A stretch of DNA of 63,128 nt, counting the filler, from Sphacelaria rigidula (lineage: Eukaryota): NCBI GenBank assembly GCA_964200075.2. It is 7 parts of 7 records of this genome, joined end to end, with 100 filler letters (N's around TTAATTAATTAA, not from the genome) between each part and the next. Parts side by side here need not be neighbours in the genome. Positions count along the whole stretch, not along the records: positions 1 to 8,933 come from CAXNAA020009713.1; positions 9,034 to 17,966 come from CAXNAA020009714.1; 5 more parts are not named here. The stretch is one strand, 5' to 3'. The position numbers and the translations under genes were made by a program. Of this stretch, positions 1-12,190 are shown piece after piece (position 1 is the first letter of the stretch; the number at the start of each line of letters is the position of its first letter). The notes under the pieces were generated by a model. It made no database searches. It was not told the DNA's origin and saw only the letters and a program-made list of their open reading frames with translations.

Positions 1-1641
1 CTCGGCGATTACCAAACTCTCGAGAGACTGGCATCATCGATCTTACCAGCATGTGCCAGATTTTTCATGTGCCAGAACGTCGACGTGCGGAGAGATTCCG
101 TCGTTTCTTCTTGCCTGTCCAGCTCACGAATGCGAAGATCGATTTCTCTCTGCCTCCCCTTTTGGACGGGACGCGCCTCTGTGCGCCGAAAAACATGTCG
201 TTGAAAAATAGGGCAATGTTCCCGTCACCGCTACTACTGTTCTCTGTCACACACATGCCAGGAAGGACGGTGCTGCGGCAATAACAGATGTATCCAATTT
301 GGACTTAAGGAATGTTATTCATCGTTGAGTTTCGTCGACCTCCCCCAGCCGGGCGCCCGAGCACAAGGGCCTACCACACGCCAGTTGAGGAGGGTGCATG
401 AGAGATCAAACACTTGCAGAGACTTTTTTGACATGCGGAGAGAAAAAAGATACCTATGGTGGTGACCTGACTGCTGCTAGCGTGGCGCATAGGCAATGTG
501 CAGCACACGCTGGTCGCTTGGACAGCTCCGTACAGTACGAGTAGCTTCCCACAATTAATAATTATTCCGATGTCAGGAGATCATGGATTATCACAACTTG
601 GGAGGAGAGACGAGAGTGCTCTACGATCAACCGCATGTCGTTACATTCGAGANNNNNNNNNNCATCAACCGCCGACAGCAAGGGTCTCGTGGCTTTCACG
701 CGACGCTGTCGGCAGTACGGCAGGCAAACCGGATCATAGCTATCTTTCCTTGGTCTACCGCGCTTCCTCCCGTCTGCTCAGAGGTGGTCACGGTAACAAC
801 ATGTTGCACCGAAGTCGCAACATCTATAAAAGCTAGATATTTTCATTTTTACGAAGTTCATCCACACAGTTCAAACGGCTCTCAAAACCAGAGGGAGGAC
901 GGCTTCCCCTTCCCCCAGCCAGGCATTGATGATCGAGGAAAGACTTTTGATTGGCTGATACAACAAAAATGGGGGCCCGGAGAAGTTTCTTTCCATCAAA
1001 ATCAAAAAATCAAAATCGTTGTCTCTCTCTCTGGTGATATCGTCATCGACATGCGTGTACACCGCATTCGTTAGGNNNNNNNNNNCGCAAGTGTTTCGCG
1101 TCTTCCCTGCAAAAATGAAATGCCACCTCAACCCCATATTTTGAATGAACCCCATTTTCTAGGATCCACTGTTTTCAGATGTTTTCTTTTTTTGTCCCGT
1201 CTGCTTTGTTGGTACCTCGTGGTTCTGCAGTAGGTTTCCGTCTTTTTCGGTCGTAGCGTGTGAGTCGACGGCTAGTCCACCGAATGAGGAAAATGAAGAA
1301 AGAAATAGGTGTCGTGACATATACACCGCGGGGCGCTTGATGCGGAGCTACCGAACGCCGAACCCCAGTTGCCAATTGCCAATTTCATGATGAGGGTTTC
1401 GAACATGATGCAGCACATGCTCGCTACACTTCAAAGTGATGAGCGGAAAAATATATGTGTATATACGGCAAGATTTGTCGTTTCATTGCACGACATACGA
1501 AAACAACAGCAGCAACAAACGGCAACCCGAGACCTGTAGCGAAATACTACCAAGCCGTAGGTTTCAGTACAATCGCATGCATGGTTGGAGCAGTCGCAGG
1601 GGACAGGGGATCCTGGATTGATTACCCTAATCTGTGTGGCC

Positions 1642-2185
1642 TGCGACGGTTCAAGAGACAACCAACTAGACTACTGATCAGTCGGCGCTGACTGGTCAGT
1701 AGTCTCGTTGGTTGTCTCTTAAACCGTCACAAAGTTAGTCGCTGGTTCGATTCCCGTCGGGCGCACTTTCTTGAAGAAAAAAGAGAAGAGAAAATCTCTG
1801 ATAAACAATTGGCCCCAAGGAGAGAAAACCTCTGTAAAACAATTGGCCCAAAAAGGGAAAAGGGTGGGGTATAGCGTGGTGGCTATGTTTGGAGTTGACT
1901 ACTAGGGACCCCAGTGCACACAATGTGGAAACGAGTGGGGGAGACGAGTAACTCTAGGGTACGGTGAGAAGCGACAACACTAGAGGTTCCTGATGGCAGT
2001 CGATAGAGCGCTGGAAAGGGGCGTCGCCCTCCTCGGAGTGAAAGTGACGGGGATTGAATCCCCACGACTAATATTTGTGACGATTTAAGAGATAACCAAC
2101 TAGACTACTGACCAGTCAGCTAGACCACTGACCAGTCAGCGCTGACTGGTCAGTAGTCTAGTTGGTTGTCTCTTAAACCGTCACA
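1642..2185. mobile_element. 544-bp non-coding insertion with self-palindromic terminal repeats (TRIM-like or Ginger/foldback MITE-like) inside the 5' LTR
   Basis: Terminal units 1642-1731 and 2076-2185 run TG...CA and each is an imperfect palindrome. A 4-bp TSD GGCC lies at 1638-1641 and 2186-2189. The 3' LTR shows the empty site (tgtgtGGCCcctt). Confidence 0.85.
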
Positions 2186-2540
2186 GGCCCCTTGCTGTTA
2201 GCTCGTGATGTGGTATGTTTCTGGATCACTCCGTGATGATAACAAGTGGAAAGAAAGGACTTGTCGAGCACGAGGCCAGTGCTACTGGAGGAGTCCCTCG
2301 TGAATAGTCCTCTTGTCCAGATCGTCTGGCAGACGCTACAGTATCTAGATATTATTTTTCCGCCACTCTGTTAAAGGAGTTTTGGCTGAGGAGGAAAGTG
2401 GGCAGCAGCTTAGAGCCAGTTCATCCCGAAAACAGGAGGAGATCAACTTGAAGCGCACAGCAAAGGGAGACGCTCCGTGAGCTGGAGGACGCACACGTTA
2501 GGCAGAAGTCTCTCCGTGAAGTGTTTGAGGCATAGACGAC

Positions 2541-4486
2541 ATGGCTCAAGCGGCAGTAGCGCCGCTGGTGTTAGGTAGCCACTACAGCCGCCAAAGTATG
2601 GTGAGGTATGGACAGAGGAGGCATTACGCGTGCTTTCCGCGGTATATCTTAAATACGTACAGCGTTAGAGTTTCGCGAATTCAGAAGGAATCATACGGCA
2701 TGAGAGAGTAAACGTGGGGCAACTCATTTCTGTCTACATTCACCGCTGCTTCGAAGACATGTACAACGACGGTCGGGCTATGACCCCCGATGAATTGCTT
2801 GATGCTGTGAAGCAGCATGCCGGGTATGCTACAACCGGTGGAAAGCATGACGCTACGCAGGCTGTAGCAGACCTGCGTTGGGTACTTACAATGAAGAAAA
2901 GCGATGGAAAGTTCGTGAAGGATCGTGCTATGATGGTTAGTTTAGATATGGAACGTTTTCTTGCAGAGAATCTGATGGTGCAAGCCATGTACCGGGCGGA
3001 GGACAGGACTTGGTTGCCAGGCCCGGCCGAGTCGATTTCCATAGCTTTGGTGGACGGCATTCCGCCCCCGGCATTCAAGGCGTATGCTAGAAGTGTACTT
3101 ACGTATGTTGACGGCTGGAAAAAGAACCCGATGGTGGTGTTCAAAACAATTTTTGAGGCGGCCGACCAGTGGAAGTTCATTGAAGCACATGGCCGGTGCG
3201 ACTCTGCAACAAGTGCAGGTGGTATGCGCTGCAAACAGCAACAGCAACAGGGACAGCAGCCGTCTTCGCGAGAGTCGTCCACTCGCGCGTGTTACAACTG
3301 CGGCGACACCGGACATATGATCAAGGACTGCCCCAAACCTCGCGCTCAAGGCGCGGCACAGGACAATTCACGAGTTTTGTCAGGATCGCGGGGCGATCGT
3401 TACGGTGGACGGGGCCGTGCCAATGAAGGACGCGGCCGCGGCGGCCGCGGTAGCAAGCAATCGGCGGCAGATGGTGGTTCCTCCGCTGCTGTTTCTTCCA
3501 CTACGTCATCAGGTGGTGACTCTGGATGTTATGGTTCGTCCGTAGCGGGGAGGACAGTGCACGTGGGAAATGCAAATACTTCGGCGGGGAGTGCTGGAGC
3601 GAATAGCTCGCAACACATCGGCCAGGCAGGATCCGTGTCTGGTGCATTCCCTGCTGCTGCGACGGCTGTAACAGCGTCGTCTGAATATTCCGCGACTCGG
3701 TCTGGTTGGACCGACGATTGGCAGCTATCGATGCCAAGTGCTGGAGGGCAGCGCTGGCATCAGGTAACTCTTGGGACAGAACAGGGTTCTTCGGCAGGCG
3801 TAGTACCTGTCGATCGCAAGGCTGAATGCTTACGCGCAGATTTAGCCTTGCCTGGTTCTGTGAGTTCGTTCATGGCCCGCGTTAGTCTGGATTCTAGGTT
3901 CGCACTCACGTCGATCGATGCGGCGTTGCTGGAACAGATGTCTTCGCATTTTGGCGACGCTCAGCTTCAGATTCCGTTCGAAAACGAACCGCAAACGGCA
4001 CAGACCGCCACGGGTGCTCCCGTGAGGGTTACACACAAAACGGTGCCAATTACTGTGAGCGTGCGTACGCCGTGGGGGACTGTGCAGTTGTGGCCCATTA
4101 TGTTCGCTGTCTTGCCCGGGAGGGACAACGTGGTTCTATTTGGGATGGCGACAATCAAGGAGCTTGGGATTGATCTTTATCCGCTGGCGTTGAAGAAGTT
4201 ACCTCCGTATGCTGTGCCGGTGCAAACCGGCGTGGAAAACCCCAGTTACCTCGCTGCAAGGCGTGTGATCGTATACATACGGTCATTCCAGAGCGCCAAT
4301 GAAGAGGAGGATCGTCTTGATAAAGCGGTAGAGCGCTTGGTCGATCAGGGGCCTGATAAGTTCATGGACCCAGCAGAGGAGAGAAGTGCACGAGAACGTG
4401 TGCTTGTAGATAGTGTGCGGCAGGCCGAGCAGAAGGGCCTGAGCGTTGCGCACATTTTCTGCGCGATATTTTGGCTCGTCGAGTAG
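2541..4486 (+). pseudogene. gag (CCHC zinc knuckle) plus aspartic protease of the Gypsy element
   Basis: ORF 2714-4486 contains the CYNCGDTGHMIKDC knuckle and a retropepsin-like VSLDSRF...VVLFGM segment. An upstream ATG at 2541 needs a frameshift to join it. Confidence 0.85.
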
Positions 4487-6480
4487 ATACATTTCGCCGT
4501 GCGCTGCGTGGTGATCCGCCGGCGCGCGTTGAGCCCATGAAGGTGCAGCTCAAGCCCCAGGAAAATGCGGTGAAGGCCAAGCCTCGACGCTGCGATCCGG
4601 TGAAGACCGTGTGGCTTGCTTCATGCATCGCAGTTTTGGTGGCATTTCGTTTGTTGGTTAGGAATATTCAGGCTGTGTGAGCGAGTCCGGCGATGGCGGT
4701 GCCGCAGAGAGACACAGTCCGTTCAGTCAGCGACTATCAGGCGGTGAACGCGCAAGTGGAACGGTCTCCAGGGGTGATACCAAGCCAAGAAGACATGCGG
4801 GAGTTGCTGGGAGCCCAACAACAATATCGGTATATCAGTGAACACATTCCTGGAGAGCGCATTTTTGGGGGATATTTGTTGTCTCGCTCGGTGAAGGTTC
4901 CTACTGTGCCTGTTCGTTCTGTTGCCGTGTACAGCCCGTGTGATGCCGATGATTCGCTGCCCTCGTTAGATGTGTCATTCGTACCGCGCAGCTCAAAACA
5001 GGCGGCGACGGTGTTCATTATTTTCCTACGACTTTCGGCCAATCTACTTTGGCTGACGATGGCTTGTTTCGCATGCGTGTTGGCAGTAGTGATGTTATGT
5101 GGATTCCGTCGGATGATAAGGCTCTATAAACTCGCTTGATGGTGTGCGCTCACATGCCGTCGGCTGATCACCGTGATGTGGCGCCGACTCTGTTCCGTTT
5201 GAAAGAGTACTGTGTGTGGCCTCAAATGGATTCCCACGTTCGCGAGTTCGTTCGCTAGTGTTTGTATTGTGTAGGCACTCGTGCTGGTGAGATTGTACCT
5301 CGCCCGTAAGGCGATACTGTGCATGGCACTGCGCCAGGTGAAGTTGTTCACTTTGATTTTCTGTATGTCGGAAGCAGCAGACCTGAAGGTGCTAATGGTT
5401 TGCCTGAGGAGGGTGGTTTTCGGTACGTTTTGGCTATCATGGATGATTTGTCCAATTTCGTTTGCTTGGAGCCGACCGAGACTTGCACCGCCGAGGTTAC
5501 GGCTAAGCACTTGCTCCATTGGTGCAAAACTGTGGGGGTGCCGCGTGATTGGGTTAGTGATACCGCCACGCATTTCAAGAATTGAATAATCACGCACCCG
5601 AGCGATGCGCTCAAGGTGCAACATCAGTTTGCTGTGGCGTATACCCCTTGGTCGAATGGTGCTTGTGAATTCATGGTGAAACAATTTTTTCGTGCGTTGC
5701 GGTCAATTTTGTCGGAACAGCAACGGCCGGTGTCTGAATGGGTTGATAGTTTCCCAGCCGCTATGTGGGCGTTGGATGCTTCCTTTCGTGAACGCTACAG
5801 TAGCACTCCGTATTGTGTGATGTTTGGGCGTGCGCCGCGTACAGCGTTTTCCGCGCTGGCTTCTGTCACTGGCGGTGAGTGGAACGTCGATGTCATGGAT
5901 GCTGATTCGTTGCGTGAAAAGCTTCGAGGCGTGGTTGACGAGCAAGTGCGGTTTTGTAACGAAATGCCAGCTGCTGTCGCGGTGTCTCGCGAAGCCAAAC
6001 GCAAGCTTGCTCAGGGCCAGGCTGTGTTGCCCAAGTTTGCAGTTGGCGATTTCATCTTGTATGCCCGTGTTCGGAGGCAAGGTGTGACGCCAAAGTTGAT
6101 GTTCCCGTGGACAGGTCCGTAGCGAGTGGTCGGAGCCGATCACGCTCACGTGTATTGGGTGCAGAACATTATTTCTGGCGCCGTGCACTCGGCCCATGTC
6201 GCTCGTTCACGTTTCTATGCTGACTCGCAGTTGCACATCACTGCGGAACTAAAAGATGTATTTCAGCATTCGTATTCTCAAGGTAAATGTCGGATGAATG
6301 CTTTGGTGCACGCCGCTGAGGATGGCAATGGTGATGTCACTGTTTCGGTCGATTGGGAAGGGTTCGGTGCTGAAGAACGTACGTGGGAGTCCTTCGCAAG
6401 GTTTATTTTTCTGCGCCTGAATTTGATTTGAAGGAACTGCGTAAAATGCGGTTGACTCGGGCGCTGACCAGTAAAGTAGC
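4471..6480 (+). pseudogene. pol remnant: RT N-terminus, RNase H tail, integrase (zinc finger plus DDE core), chromodomain
   Basis: RT start MKVQLKP...ASPAMAVP...VSDYQAVN; RNase H end YISEHIPGE; integrase HFDFLYVG...IMDDLSNF...VSDTATHFKN...PWSNGACE; chromodomain VSVDWEGFGAEERTWE. Several stops and frameshifts. Confidence 0.88.
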
Positions 6481-7504
6481 GTCGGAGTATAGTATTTCTT
6501 TGTGATCTGGCGCATGCGGCTATGCCTCGGTTTTGTTGGTTGCCAAGCTCGTTCGTTTGTCTTGAACTCGCTTTGGGGGTGCTGTAGCCGAACGATACCA
6601 AGCCGTAGGTTTCAGTATAACCGCAGGCATGGTTGGAGCAGTCACAGGGGACAGGGGATCCTGGGTTGATGACCCTCATCTGTGTGGCCCCTTTCTGTCT
6701 AGCTCTTGATGTGGTCTGTTGCGGATCACTCCGTGATAATAACAGGTGAGACGAAAGGGCTTGTCGAGCACGAGGCCAGTGCTACTGGAGGAGTCCCTCG
6801 CGGATAGTCCTCTTGTCCAGATCGTCTGGCAGAGGCTACAGACCACAAAATACAAGATACACTATGGCTTCTTCCCATCCTCCGCTCCTCACGGAGAGTC
6901 TCTGCAGCTGCATGCTACAGATGAATGATTCTCGAATTGCTCACCGCTTTGGATGGGGTTTTAGTGTCATGAACAACTCTCAGTTCTTCAATGTGAGGGT
7001 TCACATTCTTCACTCCCTCTGTCCCATAAGTAGAGTCCGTTATGATCATACGGACCCTTAACCTTGTCCAATGCCGAAGGTGATATATTTACTTTAATAT
7101 TCAAGTTTTTTTTAGTCAAACTGGGTTTTTGTTTTCTTCTGTTTGCGCAGCAGCCAGCGTGTCCGTAAGGCCGGTAAACGATCACTCGGCCCCCAAATGG
7201 CCATATTTCGCCCCTTCACCAGAACACAGAGAAGAACCCTGGAAACCCGAAAAACGGCAAAAATCGCGATAAAAGGGACGACAAGCCAAAAAACGCAATT
7301 TTCTCGCCTCCGGCGACACCCCCGCGAGGCCTCCTCACCAGCAGACGCGCGCGGAGAGGGGAATTGGGGCTCGCGACTTTGCCCGTCGCCATCGATGTTT
7401 TCAATCGGCGAAACCGATTCACTGAAAAATCATCGATATACGGGGCGCTGGCGCGGCCAGTCTAAACTCAACTGATCATAGCTGCAAGTTCACAGCGCTA
7501 CCGA

Positions 7505-8933
7505 TATGGGTATGAGCGTTTTATTTCAAAACGCTCCCGGCTACAAACGCAACAACACGACTGGAGTTTTCCTGACGGCAGAGATCGAGAAAAGCCTCCG
7601 TGAACTCCGTCAAAACCTAAGGGCCGGTTCGGCACGATGAAAGAGTATCCTGGTGAGATTGTTTTCAACGGCTTAAGTCGGAACCGCGCGCATGGATATC
7701 CACAGACGAGACCGTCTTCGTCTTTCTGGCACTGTGTGTAGACGACCTTTTCATACTGGGCGCCAATAAGCAAGTGTTTAACAAGCAGAAGAAGCAGTTG
7801 ATAGCAGCTAGTGGACCAGTGCGGGATAACGAATAGGTGCGACGTGTCGAGCGTATTCCGTGCGACCAACATCACCCGTGATGACAAAAACGGAACGGTA
7901 AAGACCAACCCGCAACTCTGCACGAGGGACGTGGTCGAGCGCTTCGGTATGCAGGGCTGCAACCCTGTGTGTACACCCGGCATGGAGCACGAGGTGTACT
8001 TGAACCAGGCGGGAAAAAAGGTGTTGAACATGGGGGCCGAAACAAGTGTTGAATAAACCACGGCAACGTTACATGACATGCACAGGCGTTCCGTTACGAT
8101 AGCCTGTTTGCCGTGAACCACCTGGCAAGGGCAACGTCGAAGCGCTCAGAAGCCCACACGGGAGCGACCAAGCACCCCCTTCTCTACTTGGCCGAGTCGG
8201 TGAAGTTTTTCACTACTCACGAGAGACATGGATTCCAGCTCTCAGACAAATTTGAGATCAACGAGCGGGAGCAGTTGGGCATATAGCCACAGCAACGGTA
8301 AGCCAACATCGTCACATATCGTTGTGCTCGCCAATGACCCCTTCTCCAAGGTGGTTTCCGGAACTCTTACTATGAAACCTACTGCGAAAGCAGAGCTCGC
8401 CGCGTCAGCGCTCACCATTAATGAGCCACTGCTCCACCACACCAACATGATCATGGAACAAGGCTTTGGAGAGGGATCCAGTAGCGTGCCGGAGTACATC
8501 GAAAATCGACAAAATGTCGGCGACGCACGTCGCCGACAGTCGCACCTACTCCGCTCGGAGGCTTTTGCGTCCAAGAGCTGGCGGAGGAAGGCAAGATCCC
8601 CATCCACTTCGTAAATACACAAAAATGAAGATGCAGACGCCTGCCCCAAGCACCCAAGCAAGCACCGCGCACATACCAACCTCATCGACGATTTCAAGGC
8701 CTGAGCCATTATGAGGGTAGTGTTGTTGCATGATTGGATTTCCAGGTTTAATTGACGGCATATACCGCAGTAAATGTGCCGCGGGATGCCCGTTGGTCCT
8801 TCTGACATTTATCGACGTTATGACTTACCATCACAATTGGTTTGCTCGTCGTCCTTTGTGGTTCATGTATAGTAGTCAGCGTCAGAAGTTTTCAGAATTC
8901 GTAGTCGTCCTTTTTTCTGAGTTTTTCTGGAGT
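7505..8933 (+). mobile_element. Ty1/Copia RT-RNase H remnant with the start of a 3' LTR
   Basis: FxRLKSEP-like segment, LCVDDL motif (~7730-7750), GCNPVCTPG, and an RNase H-like TAKAEL segment. Purine tract gagggtag is followed by TGTTG at 8721. Heavily frameshifted. Confidence 0.75.
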
Positions 8934-9033
8934 NNNNNNNNNNNNNNNNNNNNNNNNNNNNNNNNNNNNNNNNNNNNTTAATTAATTAANNNNNNNNNNN
9001 NNNNNNNNNNNNNNNNNNNNNNNNNNNNNNNNN
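8934..9033. other. Artificial contig linker N44-TTAATTAATTAA-N44 (also at 17967-18066, 27000-27099, 36033-36132, 45065-45164, 54097-54196)
   Basis: An identical 100-bp spacer with stop codons in all six frames occurs six times and separates contigs of 8933/8932 bp. Confidence 0.98.
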
Positions 9034-9200
9034 GTACTCATTTGTTGCTTGCCTTAGTCATTTGACCATTGACCACGCATCCCTTTCGAGACGGAGCACC
9101 AGAGACAGCCACGTCTTATACATTGCCTCATTGGTGTCTCACCAGACGGAGCAGGGGGGGGGGCGTACTCATTTGTTGCTTGCCTTAGCCATTTGAACAC
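9034..9200 (-). repeat. Two short 3'-end copies of the C-tailed LINE
   Basis: Reverse complement of gctccgtctcgaaagggatgcgtggtcaatggtcaaatgactaaggcaagcaacaaatgagtac at 9034-9100. A second copy at ~9154-9200 has a G10 run (C-tail on the minus strand). Confidence 0.85.
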
Positions 9201-9834
9201 TTCTCACGCACTCCTTCCGGAGGGGGTTTGGGGTGGTGGTATCCAGTGAAAGTCGCTCCCCCCGACGTGTGCGGTGTTAAGTCCCATCTAGACCTACGTC
9301 CTTGGTTGCTGTGATGAAATAACGTGGCTTTACTAATAGTGTCATAAACATAGTTGGATCGGTTGGTTAGCCTTCGGAGATCCAGGACCATTTCCACAGC
9401 TTAAACGTCTGGCGAGGCGCCGTGCGAGTGGAAGAACATCACCACCCAAGTGCTACACCAGACGAAGGGTAGGGTCGAACCGGTATATACAGGGTCGCCT
9501 CCCTCGCGGCGCTTGCTGGTGAAGATCACCCCATAATCGAAGCCAACAGTCCAAGTGGCTTTTACTGTCGAACGAAATTTTCCCCGAAGGCAGTGCTGAG
9601 TCTAGCGCAAACAATCGACCACCGGTATGATGCTCGTAGTGCGTCGACTGTCCGAGTAATATGCTCTCCACGGTACATTGGTGGCTGCGAAAGATAATCG
9701 CTTACCCAGTTTGCACTGTGGTATCCACCGTATAGATGTACGTGAAGGGACGTACCGAGAGCAACCGTGGTGCTTCACATCTATTGTAGCGACGTCAGGA
9801 GATTCACGTTTGGCTGCTAGACATCCTGCGGATA

Positions 9835-10035
9835 GCTCCCGAGCACCTTCTGTAAGGGTACCGGAGGGAGGTGTCGGGGCAGTAGCTGCAGAATAGTCTG
9901 CGGGGAGTTTCCGCGTGCCCTCTGGAAGGTTTTCAGAAGGAGGTTCCTGAACAGCAGCTGCGGAATAGTCTGCGGGTAGTTTCCGAGCGTTGTCCGGAGG
10001 GTTTCCAGAAGATGGTTCTAGAACCGTAGCTCAAG
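9835..10035. repeat. Short degenerate tandem repeat (~75-bp units)
   Basis: agctgc(a/g)gaatagtctgcggg...tttccg...gga(a/g)ggttt(t/c)cagaag occurs twice. Confidence 0.6.
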
Positions 10036-10074
10036 AGTTCGATACATTGATGAACGTTTGGCGAGGGAACCCAT

Positions 10075-10780
10075 TGCACACTTTTGTGGTACGCCGACGG
10101 CACATCATCTTGGAGAAGCCGTATCACCAGCTATCTGCTAGCGTCAGAGAATATTAAACACCCACTGATGGAGCTGGGACGGGCGAGTATCATCCCATTG
10201 AACATATGCTTCATCGACCTGCAGAAGGCGCACGGCTCCGTAGACTGCATGCTCATGTTAAAGGTACTTGCCCTGTGTGGAGTCTCATCGCGGATGATCA
10301 TGTTCATCCGCATGTTTCACGATGGCACACGAGCTCGGATACCGTTCGATGATAGCGAGCTATCAGAGTAGTCACGTCTGCTGGGGACTCAGGCAAAAGT
10401 GCATTTCGCCCTCGCAGCTGTACGATATGTTGTAACCAACCGTGCTCAAGTTCATCAGATCCTCGCTACAACTGATTTTCAGGGACGTCTTGACGAAAAA
10501 CGGATCCTTGTCTGGCCTTGGGGAAATATCTTGAGCACATTTCCGGAAAAACAAGGGAAAAAAACAGAGAAATATTTGTCCAGCGTTGAGAATGACCCCA
10601 ATAAAATTCGAGTCCAGTTTTCTTGACAGCGGGCCGGTTCTGTGTCGCCTGCTCTGAGGAAATTACTACTTGCTCGCAGAGATGAAGTGACACCCCGAAC
10701 ATGAGTTCGCCGCCAGTTGGGGCAGCTGGCCCTTTCGTGTCGGAATGCGGCTCGACTTCCCGTCTAGGCGTGAAGCTCGA
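10075..10780 (+). mobile_element. Non-LTR retrotransposon (RTE-like) RT fragment
   Basis: CFIDLQKAHGSVD...LKVLALCGV...IRMFHDGTRARI...GLRQKC corresponds to RT motifs 3-4; decayed. Confidence 0.8.
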
Positions 10781-12190
10781 GTCTGTAGCTTAAGGTCAAT
10801 TGTCTGTTGTCGCGGGCTGGGTGCTTGCAAAACGTTACGCCCACTGATTATACCTTCAGCTGTCACTCGCTTCGCCACAAGGAAAAACAAAATCAAGTAT
10901 GCTCACTCAGCGAATATTCAGGGATGTGTACGGAGGAAATCTCTTTTTTTTTTGCCCTGAGATCAACAGTAAACAAGTTTGACGCAAAGAAGGGCAGAGA
11001 CAACAGCTGGTGATAACGAGGAATCGAACCAGCGTGTTCGCGTTGCAAAATACGTCGTCTTCCTCCCTCAGGACCCATTTGAAGAAAAATTCCGCGGTTT
11101 GAAATCCGCGTGAATTTCGCCACGGATTACGCTGCAAATCCGTAGCAGGAGCCGTTATATTAATCCGTTCGAAGCGGAATGTGCACGGATCGAGTCCCCG
11201 TACCGGTTACTCCTTCGTGTTCCCTCTTTTATTCATTTTTCTGTTTTGTTCTGACGCTGCAGTCTTCAATCCGTAGAACAACGGTTTTATCCGTACATAT
11301 TCGGAATATTGCCCTGGTGAAGGAATAAGACAACGCGAAGGAAATATAAGTGATCTGGCAGCCCAACGCACTACCTGCATGTACGCGTATCGTTGGATTC
11401 ATGAAAGGTCGCAGTAAGAGCGTGGTCGGAGGTCAGGGATCCGTCAGCCCGCACGAAAATGATTTCCGTTTTGAGATTTTTGTAATGGAAAACATGAAGC
11501 ACGGTCGCCACCAGTCGCGCGATTCCAAAGGCTCTTCTATGATGCGTACTACGTACGCGGCCGTCCTCGCGCCGGTCGATGGGGTATGCTAGCTGGGCCC
11601 GGGGTGCTGGATATAACGTTGTCTCTCCCGTGATTGATTCATTGATTAATTGATTGTCGCACTTTTTGTCTTCCCGTGTACAGGCATTCAACATTCGCCT
11701 GCTAGAATATTCGGCTATTTTCCGATGTGTGAGGCTCTGTCGTATGCATGTCATTTGACGTTCGTGACGCGAAATGTTCTCTCCATGAAATGGTCTCCAG
11801 AAGCTTTCCGCGGAGGTGTAAAAATGGAATTTGCACATTTCCGCCTGATGTTCGTGTACCACGGGTTGTTGAGTACACGCGCCTAAAGCACCTAGCCCGC
11901 CATTTTGAGAGTCTTGGAGTGCCTTGATGTCATCATCGAATGACTGCGCAATCTCAAAGTGTTTTTGGAAGCGCCGTCGGCGTATTGTGCTGAGCTTTTT
12001 CGGCGTCATGGAGAAGGCTGAAAATTCTGCTCGACTCAAGTGTAGGACTTGGTGGGGGCTGGAATCTACCTCTCAATTTTCTTAGTGTACACATACCGCG
12101 TACTTTTCAGCATACCCGCGGAATACATTGTCCCCACGAGTTCGAGAATTGTGCGAGCAGCGCGATCTTTGAAAGAGTCGTGTCCGTGGC

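Larger units (their letters stand above)
1535..6840 (+). mobile_element. Ty3/Gypsy chromovirus-type LTR retrotransposon, decayed and internally deleted, with both LTRs
   Basis: 5' LTR 1535-2340 (interrupted by the 1642-2185 insertion) and 3' LTR 6582-6840 both run TGTAGC...GCTACA. A 4-bp TSD GACC lies at 1531-1534 and 6841-6844, and a G-rich tract lies just before the 3' LTR. Internal order is gag-PR-RT/RH remnant-IN-chromodomain. Confidence 0.93.

Noticed and set aside
8978-8989. Periodic TTAATTAATTAA as a biological motif
   Set aside because: It is a synthetic six-frame stop linker embedded in Ns.
11371-12039. 222-aa minus-strand ORF as a piggyBac-like transposase remnant (RRRFQK..I...FDD, LINES)
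   Set aside because: Only vague similarity; no TIR, TTAA or DDD triad found. It needs a blastx check.
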